The notes beneath the pieces are model-generated. The model had not been told where the DNA came from, did no database searches, and saw only the letters and a list, made by a program, of their open reading frames with translations. Made by a program: the position numbers and the translations under genes. A DNA stretch of 64,000 nucleotides from Escherichia phage KBNP1711, in the sequence record NC_023593.1; one strand, written 5' to 3'. This document shows, in pieces, positions 57,218 to 64,000 of this stretch (its first letter is position 1; each line of letters opens with the position of its first letter).

Positions 57218-57607
57218 TTATTCATGAGCATCATTATTGAACACTAAATCACCACAATACATCGGATTGGTATACCACTTTGGCACCCCCTCGCTCTTAC
57301 TCTGAAAGTAGGTTCCACTATACAGAGGAACATAATTCTTCTTGAGAGCACGTCTAGCAAGCTGCTCGCTTTCTCTTATGGCTTGTTTAGTCATAGGATT
57401 ATCATCACGAATCAGCTTTACATAACGTTTATAAGGTTTCTCCTGTTTTAATAGTACCGGAATCCACTCAAACTGGTTCTTTTGTCTTATCACCTGTTCA
57501 GCGGTCAGTTTTCGTTGGGCCATTCTATTTATCACGGTATCCGCAACTAAAGCCTTACATGCGGTTGGCTGATTCCCTGCCTCATAATAAATAGTCAATG
57601 TCAACAT
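57218..57607 (-). CDS. cell wall hydrolase (SleB/Hydrolase_2-like)
   Basis: IYYEAGNQPTACKALVADTVINRMAQ...QFEW resembles the SleB-type hydrolase core. Confidence 0.55.
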   Translation of the reverse strand: MLTLTIYYEAGNQPTACKALVADTVINRMAQRKLTAEQVIRQKNQFEWIPVLLKQEKPYKRYVKLIRDDNPMTKQAIRESEQLARRALKKNYVPLYSGTYFQSKSEGVPKWYTNPMYCGDLVFNNDAHE

Positions 57608-57687
57608 TAGCTGGGCCGTTGTTATCAGAACTTGATACCTCCTGTTTTACGGGCATAAAAAAGCCCCAGCCGTAGCCGGGGCGGTTA

Positions 57688-57810
57688 TTAACGTGATACT
57701 GCTTCCATGAATCCTATCATAAGTATCAATAAGGTGATAATAACACCAAAAAGCATACCACATAGGAAGAAAAATCCACCTTCACCTAGATATGAAATAG
57801 CTGATTCCAC
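57688..57810 (-). CDS. small hydrophobic membrane protein (40 aa), holin-like candidate
   Basis: GTG start with AGGAG 6 nt upstream; almost entirely hydrophobic; immediately upstream of the hydrolase. Confidence 0.35.
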   Translation of the reverse strand: MESAISYLGEGGFFFLCGMLFGVIITLLILMIGFMEAVSR

Positions 57811-57831
57811 AGATAACTCCTACAGCAACAC

Positions 57832-57853
57832 AAAAAGCCGCTCAAAGGCGGCT
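57832..57853 (-). terminator. - strand terminator (agccgc-tcaaag-gcggct + T run)
   Basis: 6-bp stem; T-run on - strand. Confidence 0.45.
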
Positions 57854-57929
57854 ATGTGGAAGCTTCAAATGGGGAGAGGGCACGGGGCACAGAGAAACGT
57901 CACAGTAGTTGCAAAGAATCCACTCGCTA

Positions 57930-58373
57930 TTACTTAACTCTTGCCTCTTTGATAGGGTCAATATACTTTTCAACTCCCCACTTATGTTTGCTGTCTGCGT
58001 AGAATACGTCAGGTGCACACTGGCTTGTTTTAGGGAAGGCTTGCGGGTCTTTGGTGCTCCCTTTAAACTTCTGTTTACCACGGGTGCGACCATTACAGAA
58101 GATTTCTAACTTCTTCTCTTCTTCTGTTTTAGCTCCCCCGCTCTGTAACAAAGAGCGTTTATGATCAGCTAACAATAACGCATCAGCACGATGAACGCGA
58201 TGGCCTACACGTTTTGCCACACTAGAAGGAATATGAGATTCAGCCTCAGCCCTTGCAGCACGACGTTTTAAACTACGCTTACTGACGTGATTGGTTGCCT
58301 TTGGTTTTTCTTTCTCCAGTTCAGAGATAGCAAAACAGCGCCCGCCCTTCATGCTGATTTTAGATTTAGCCAT
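57930..58373 (-). CDS. basic Lys/Arg-rich protein
   Basis: 147-aa ORF. Confidence 0.4.
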   Translation of the reverse strand: MAKSKISMKGGRCFAISELEKEKPKATNHVSKRSLKRRAARAEAESHIPSSVAKRVGHRVHRADALLLADHKRSLLQSGGAKTEEEKKLEIFCNGRTRGKQKFKGSTKDPQAFPKTSQCAPDVFYADSKHKWGVEKYIDPIKEARVK

Positions 58374-58442
58374 TATCTAATTCCTTTCAGTGATAAGTTA
58401 TATCGTGCAAGCCCATCATAGGGATAGGCTTAACCAAATAAC

Positions 58443-58652
58443 TCAATTGAGTAAACTAAATGATTTCCAACTACGCAACAAAACTGTTCCGTCATCCATT
58501 GCTACACTTAATTGTAGTAACTTCTTATTAATACTGCTTACTGTTAAAATCCGTCCAGTTGTAGATTTACCTTTATTGCTATAAAGATACACGACACGAC
58601 GACTCAATAAACGGGATGGCGCTTTCTTAAATTCAGATATATTGGTGATCAT
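58443..58652 (-). CDS. hypothetical protein
   Basis: 69-aa ORF. Confidence 0.35.
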   Translation of the reverse strand: MITNISEFKKAPSRLLSRRVVYLYSNKGKSTTGRILTVSSINKKLLQLSVAMDDGTVLLRSWKSFSLLN

Positions 58653-58873
58653 GATGCTTGATACCTTTGAATGTATTCAATACGGGTGGATTGAGCAAAT
58701 GACGCTTTAACCGCCATCTTTCTAACTTCTTCTTTACGCTGGTTAGTGTGTACAGTATCCCAATGCTTGTTATCACGTTGGCGCTGTAGTATCTTACTGC
58801 ATTTTCGATGGTTTCCCGTGCTGCGATGTTTCTCACAAATAGGACACTTGCCAAAATTGCTACTGAATATCAT
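58649..58873 (-). CDS. small basic zinc-finger-like protein
   Basis: CPICEKHRSTGNHRKC; preferred over the overlapping frame 58633..58854. Confidence 0.35.
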   Translation of the reverse strand: MIFSSNFGKCPICEKHRSTGNHRKCSKILQRQRDNKHWDTVHTNQRKEEVRKMAVKASFAQSTRIEYIQRYQAS

Positions 58874-59097
58874 TTTCTTAATCCCAGCTTTCTTAAGATA
58901 CGGCCTAACGTTGTTTCTTGCGTGATAATATAGCTGATCGCTTCACGTTCCAACGTTTCAATCTTCATCGGCGACGGATACCATTCACCGGTAATAACGC
59001 ACTTACATTCAACGCCATACTTTTCAGATAGGCGGTAATGTTGACCGTTGACAAGATTTCTATAAACCGTGGTATGTGTAGTTAACATGATCGTCAC
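58870..59097 (-). CDS. hypothetical protein
   Basis: 75-aa ORF. Confidence 0.35.
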   Translation of the reverse strand: MTIMLTTHTTVYRNLVNGQHYRLSEKYGVECKCVITGEWYPSPMKIETLEREAISYIITQETTLGRILRKLGLRK

Positions 59098-59150
59098 CTT
59101 TGATTAAATTCTTTGATTAATGCACTGAATCAATGCACTGATAAAAGAAA

Positions 59151-59176
59151 AGGCGCTACCCGTTAAGATAGCGCCT
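59151..59176. terminator. hairpin with perfect 8-bp stem AGGCGCTA/TAGCGCCT, A-run upstream and T-rich downstream
   Basis: Read directly; lies between two - strand genes. Confidence 0.45.
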
Positions 59177-59199
59177 TATGTTTATTTAGATTGTCTTAC

Positions 59200-60099
59200 T
59201 TATGCTGCGTTACGTGCTGCCATGATCTCAGCTGCCTTGCGCAATACTTCTTCTTCCTCAGCTTTTGCAGCTTGTTCGGTACGGATTGCTACCGTTGAAG
59301 AGATACGACCGCGCAGGCTTTCTAACTTCTCCTGCATTTTGGCAATGGTGGATTCCATTTCATCGGCATACGAATCCAGTGATTCCAGTTCCTTGCTTGA
59401 TGCGTTCATCAGATAATCATCAGAGATCGCTACCGTTGAAGCCGTGACTTTCTTGATGAGTGAGTCAAAGGACTTCTTAACCTTGCCTACTTCTTCACTC
59501 AGGGCAATAGTATTATCACTGGTAGCGCCGTTACGCTCATCAGCCAACAATTTTGCTTCAATACGGATTGCATTTAAGCGTTCAACCAAAGCGTAAATAT
59601 CTTGGTTAAAATCTTCCTTGTTTTTCGCCGGGATTTGCAGGTGTGCCGCCACGTTGTCATTGCAACCCTTGTAAAAGTTAGGGTTATCTACTTCAATTTC
59701 ACGACCTAACGCAAAGTTTTCGAAAGCGTTCGACCAGCGAGCGCGATTCTGTTCCATTTTGGCCTTAATTTGCGCTTCTTTCGCATCTTCTTTCGCTTTC
59801 GCTTCACCTTCCAGATTAATCCACTTTTTACGACCGTTTGCCGCATCGGTGTTAAACTTGACAGGAGTCAGGAAAGTGATTGCAGTGGCGATCACATCCA
59901 TATCACGAAAACGCTCGGTTAACAGAAAATCGACCGCCGCCTGCAATACGTCTAACTTTTTACCGTTGCTGCGGAAGTGCTGCAAATGACCTAACAGAAA
60001 ATTAGAAACATCTTGCTTAATCGCCGCGTTATTGCTACGAATGTTGTTAGCCAGTGCGTTAAAACCAGACTCTTTTACCAGATTAAAAATTTTAGCCAT
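59200..60099 (-). CDS. hypothetical protein (300 aa, helical, Ala/Lys/Glu-rich)
   Basis: ATG 60099 with AAAGGTG upstream; track start 60108 is GTG; first gene downstream of the ORF-free region. Confidence 0.5.
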   Translation of the reverse strand: MAKIFNLVKESGFNALANNIRSNNAAIKQDVSNFLLGHLQHFRSNGKKLDVLQAAVDFLLTERFRDMDVIATAITFLTPVKFNTDAANGRKKWINLEGEAKAKEDAKEAQIKAKMEQNRARWSNAFENFALGREIEVDNPNFYKGCNDNVAAHLQIPAKNKEDFNQDIYALVERLNAIRIEAKLLADERNGATSDNTIALSEEVGKVKKSFDSLIKKVTASTVAISDDYLMNASSKELESLDSYADEMESTIAKMQEKLESLRGRISSTVAIRTEQAAKAEEEEVLRKAAEIMAARNAA

Positions 60100-60108
60100 G
60101 ATATTCAC

Positions 60109-62064
60109 CTTTCAATTGTAAGGGCACTATGCCCCGCTCTCTATGAGCTTTTTAAGTCGCCATTGACTTATCAATATCCACTCATTGTTAAGTAATTATT
60201 GATAAGTGGGGCGGTCTTATCAGAAGTTAACCTTGCCGCCCCTTTATCTGTGATGTTTCATCTGGTATCTTTAATTAGTCGCTATAAACGAAGCCGACCT
60301 GATAGCGATGATCAATCATCACAATAAGGCAGTGCGTCCGACTCTAATTAGTTACTTTATTGTAACCGTCGGCAATATCGTCTACTTTGCTTTCGCTCTC
60401 GCCTATCCTTTTATACTAACTCTCAATCGCTAACCATCGCCCACTACGGGAGGTTATTGCGAAAGAGTCATTAGCCGTCTAATATTCCGACGTTTTATAT
60501 CTTTCGGCAAGTTTACTACATAACCCGACTATGTACTTTCATCTTGTGATGAATCTCAAGCCGTTCGCATCGTAAACGTTCACACTAAACCTTATTGTTA
60601 AATAGCAATTTGCCACTTTTTAACCACTCCCCGCCGCTCTCAATTGAGCGTTAATTAGTCGGGCTTGCCTACCCTGATTAACTTCTTTCACTGTAGCACC
60701 ATGTTAGCGATGGCCGCCGCTACCCTTAACCGTGGGCGATTAGTTTAAGCCTTTGCGTGTACTCAATGAATCCGCTTATCAGTGGTGACGTTTCCAGTTA
60801 AGGGATTGTGAGATTGTTTTCTCTGATAGTCTAGAGAATCTCACACCGTTTTATCTGGTATGCTGTCCGATGGTTATTATCTTCCAGCATATTTAACCGA
60901 TATAGGAGAATGTTTAAATTGTTAAAGAGCGGTAAATCTATCAACGTGCTTTCTCACGTTATGCAACTGTTAGCCGTTGTTACGCTTTTCACTGAAGCGG
61001 TGATTTGCTTAAGTGGTGCTCATTATGGACCATGTTGTTTTTGCCGTCAATCACTTTTTTAATCTTTTTCGTCGTTCCCGCTATTGGGAGGATATATCAA
61101 CCCGCTTTATTGGGTTGAAGATTAAGCGATGAGGCTTAACCCATGATTCATACTGTTAAAGAGCGTTTAGCCTTTTATAGTGTCTGCTAATCACTGCATC
61201 ATTAAAGGCTTACTTATTCATTAACGGGGCGCCTAAGCCCGAACTACCCGCTGCACTATGTGCCACCTTTCCCGCGATACGTTGATTTGGGAACTAGTTA
61301 ACGTTGTTTTGTTAACTTGTGGTTAGTATGGACTACCTTAACCACGTTTGCAACCTCTTTTTTATCATCTTCTTTTATTCTTTTCCCTTATCTCGCGTGA
61401 ATCTATGCGAAAGGGCAAGATGATAAGTCTGATTTGTCTTTTAGGAATCTAGTGCGCTTTCAAGCATTGACCATTTGAAAGTATCGAACAAATGAGGCTT
61501 ATTTTGTTGCTCATCGTCCGCCTGTTCACGTATGAATCAGGAATCAATTCTAGTGGTCAACTAAGCGCCTTATAGTAATGACGTTCCCGCCACCTGTAAG
61601 ACAAATCATATTTTTAAAGAGCGGGATTTTTCAAGTCATCGCTGACTATGCTCACTATATATCAGGCTTTTTCCGGTGTCAATACTCTTTTTCAAGTATT
61701 TTCACTTTCTAGCCTGATTTTTAAAGAGCGGGGCAATTTCTTGCCTTGTATGTTTTACATCGTACCCGATGAAATGAAGTATACATTAATCAGATGAGGT
61801 TGCAATAGGGTAAAGCAAATTATTTTAAACTTTTTGAAAGGTGGGAAGTATAAGAGAATGCGCGCGGGATAACATACCCAAAACAGGCTGTAAATCACTT
61901 TCTAACGTCCTGTAAGCCATTCTAATGAGCTAAAAGGAGGCAAGGTATACAATCACCTTAGAAAAGAAAAAAGCCTCATAGCGAGGCTTACAGGAAGGAT
62001 TAGAGAATCAGATAGATTATGACCATAGGCATGACCACGGCACAATATAAGAGAAAGATTAAGC
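60109..62064. other. 1.9-kb ORF-free region with dispersed short repeats; candidate origin, terminal or regulatory region
   Basis: No ORF of 60 aa or more in any frame; four TTAAAGAGCG copies (60931, 61165, 61614, 61731); inverted repeat CTTATCAATA/TATTGATAAG at 60176-60214. Confidence 0.5.
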
Positions 62065-62430
62065 CTATGGATTTATACATTGACCGTTACCGGATGCCAC
62101 TTCATTCATAGACTCATCGAACAAGGTTAGGGATGAGCGTAACAGGTGATCAATCGTGATTTGTTTACCAGTAGTTTCATTTACCAGTAAAATAGTTTTA
62201 CTATCTGATTGCACATGATCAAAATCATTTAAATGCAAAATAATAACCTTAGGTGACTTTTTACCAGTCGAATAGTTTTCTATCAAATAGGTGCACTGTA
62301 AACCTTCCACCGTATCATGGGAGAATGTTGCAGCCTTAACGCTACCCACAGCCGATAGGAGCACACCCAGCAGGAGAACGACCAGAAAAAACCCTACAAC
62401 CGTTTTAACGACGAATTTAATAAACCACAT
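62065..62430 (-). CDS. exported or membrane-anchored protein
   Basis: ATG 62430; N-terminal hydrophobic segment FLVVLLLGVLLSAVGSVKA. Confidence 0.4.
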   Translation of the reverse strand: MWFIKFVVKTVVGFFLVVLLLGVLLSAVGSVKAATFSHDTVEGLQCTYLIENYSTGKKSPKVIILHLNDFDHVQSDSKTILLVNETTGKQITIDHLLRSSLTLFDESMNEVASGNGQCINP

Positions 62431-62619
62431 AGTAATCAACCTTCAATAATAAGTTTAAGAATATCGAAAGCGGCAACAATCAATAAATAGTTTAAAGAAA
62501 TGAAGCCAATGACAAACAAAAACAGAAACAACACAACCGGACCTCAAAGGATGTAAGAATAAAGCATATCAGCGACGAATATCGCCACTGTAACGACGAA
62601 CAAGCAACGCCAGAAACAA

Positions 62620-62883
62620 TCATGAAGCATCATTGACACCCTCAACAAAAAATGATACGCTGATTTGTTCCACTTCTTCCAGCGACAACAGAATCCCACA
62701 TCGGGCTAAATACTTCCCAATGGTCAAATAGTCCTGTACTAAATAGACCGCAGGAAAGCTAATGGTTTTTATCTCACCCTTAGTTAGAAAGGACAAATAA
62801 GTGTAGTCGATTGACTCATCAAAGGAGAGCGTAACGCCACCATAATTATGCGTGTCAATCAGCGCAATAGTTTCAGTTCCCAT
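62620..62883 (-). CDS. hypothetical protein
   Basis: Track ORF 62620..62988 trimmed to internal Met to limit overlap. Confidence 0.3.
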   Translation of the reverse strand: MGTETIALIDTHNYGGVTLSFDESIDYTYLSFLTKGEIKTISFPAVYLVQDYLTIGKYLARCGILLSLEEVEQISVSFFVEGVNDAS

Positions 62884-63139
62884 TAGTATCATCCCCATTA
62901 AGCCCATGATTAAGCAGGTTGGCCAGTGATAAGCCACCGTCAAAATAAATTGAACGGAAGTCATCGCGGGTAATTTCAAGATCAGCAAACATTAGCCAAT
63001 TTTTAGCCTGCTTAAAACCCATCTTGCAAAAAGTGATAATAGGCACTGTTAATTGACCATCCAGAGTATTAAACATAATTTCGGAACGACCGACAAAACA
63101 AGAAAAACCATTAGTAAACTTAACTTCTTTGATAGCCAT
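62873..63139 (-). CDS. hypothetical protein
   Basis: 88-aa ORF. Confidence 0.35.
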   Translation of the reverse strand: MAIKEVKFTNGFSCFVGRSEIMFNTLDGQLTVPIITFCKMGFKQAKNWLMFADLEITRDDFRSIYFDGGLSLANLLNHGLNGDDTNGN

Positions 63140-63153
63140 AATTATAACTCCTA

Positions 63154-63645
63154 TTATTTAGCACTGATGCAGTTAGATAGGTTAATATGTACAGTATAAA
63201 CCGCATTATTTTCGCTATTGTAAACCGTGGTGGCAAACATTGATTCGTTCATCGGGCCATAACTAACCAGATTCGTGACAGCTTTCGCATGACTGTAACG
63301 TTGTATAGTGCCGAAGGTAACTAGTTCGGGATCGTTATCAGTACGCTTGAGAACTAGATCACTGTTAGGCTGATTGTCTAGTGTTTTGGTACTAACGACC
63401 AGACCATCACGGGAAACGTTACTGAATTTAACTTTTAACACGATTTGATTGGTGTCACTATCCGCACCGTTACAGACTAGCCATTGCTTAGGTGCATCCT
63501 TAACGAATAGACTAGCGGCATCACTAGCAACAGGAGCAGGACTAGCAACAGCGTTATCAGAAAAAGAAGTTACCAGTGCACTGACACCGATGACTGTAAC
63601 CAGCGCATAACTTGCCAGATTAATAGCCTGCATTACTTTCGCCAT
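63154..63645 (-). CDS. secreted protein with N-terminal signal peptide
   Basis: MAKVMQAINLASYALVTVIGVSALVTSFSDNAVA signal-like N-terminus. Confidence 0.45.
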   Translation of the reverse strand: MAKVMQAINLASYALVTVIGVSALVTSFSDNAVASPAPVASDAASLFVKDAPKQWLVCNGADSDTNQIVLKVKFSNVSRDGLVVSTKTLDNQPNSDLVLKRTDNDPELVTFGTIQRYSHAKAVTNLVSYGPMNESMFATTVYNSENNAVYTVHINLSNCISAK

Positions 63646-63766
63646 TTTTTGTTACTCCTTAGATAAAATCAATTAACTATCGCCACTATATAATAAAAGG
63701 AAAGAGCGACAACTGTTTATTTTTAGCTTTCTTATAACTCACTGAATCTTAAAGGAATTTAATTTA

Positions 63767-63973
63767 CTAAACTTTCCTACTCAGAGCATAGTTTACTACT
63801 TCTATTGTTACTTTATAACATAACGCCAGATCAACGGGGAGAACGTGCCGCATAAACAGACCTACGGGGCAACGGTACAACGTAACCAGCACGGGGGGAG
63901 TATAAACGGGTAGGTTATAATGTATGTTGTTACATGATGCTATTGTTAGCGGCTTGCGGAAGTAATATACCAA
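63767..63973 (-). CDS. hypothetical protein
   Basis: 68-aa ORF near window end. Confidence 0.25.
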   Translation of the reverse strand: MVYYFRKPLTIASCNNIHYNLPVYTPPVLVTLYRCPVGLFMRHVLPVDLALCYKVTIEVVNYALSRKV

Positions 63974-64000
63974 TCAAATAATTAACCCATCAAAATATCA

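Noticed and set aside
57608-57650. AGGAGG about 30 nt upstream of the SleB-like gene start as its RBS
   Set aside because: Spacing is too long for the annotated ATG 57607. The true start may be a non-canonical codon closer to the AGGAGG, but this could not be resolved by eye.
60900-61760. Possible CRISPR array suggested by repeated TTAAAGAGCG
   Set aside because: Only four copies, 10 bp long, with irregular spacing (234, 449, 117 bp) and no cas genes, so this is not CRISPR architecture.

Overview
Dense double-stranded DNA phage (Caudoviricetes) genome segment; every call below is from reading motifs by eye, no database search was run. Bases 1-18582 (+ strand) are a late/virion module: tail fibers (one with a C-terminal S74-type intramolecular chaperone domain), a GH24-type lysozyme, a 1006-aa Ig-like-domain structural protein, an SLT lytic transglycosylase and large internal proteins, closed by a bidirectional terminator near 18.6 kb. 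From 18.8 to 60.1 kb genes run on the - strand: T7-like replication genes (gp4-like primase-helicase, a family A DNA polymerase split into a separate 3'-5' exonuclease gene and an intron-interrupted polymerase gene, gp2.5-like SSB, gp6-like exonuclease), nucleotide metabolism (ThyX, dCTP-deaminase-like, thioredoxin, PhoH), a sigma-factor-like gene, tRNA-Arg(UCU), lysis-type genes and many small genes in paralogous families. The best candidate for an undescribed system is the - strand cluster at 40.7-48.8 kb encoding a GGCT-like protein, an ATP-grasp ligase, a class-II glutamine amidotransferase with a Cys-rich extension and two glutamine-synthetase-like amidoligase candidates. 60.1-62.1 kb is ORF-free with short repeats; 62.1-63.7 kb encodes exported proteins. 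No integrase, CRISPR array or rRNA was seen.
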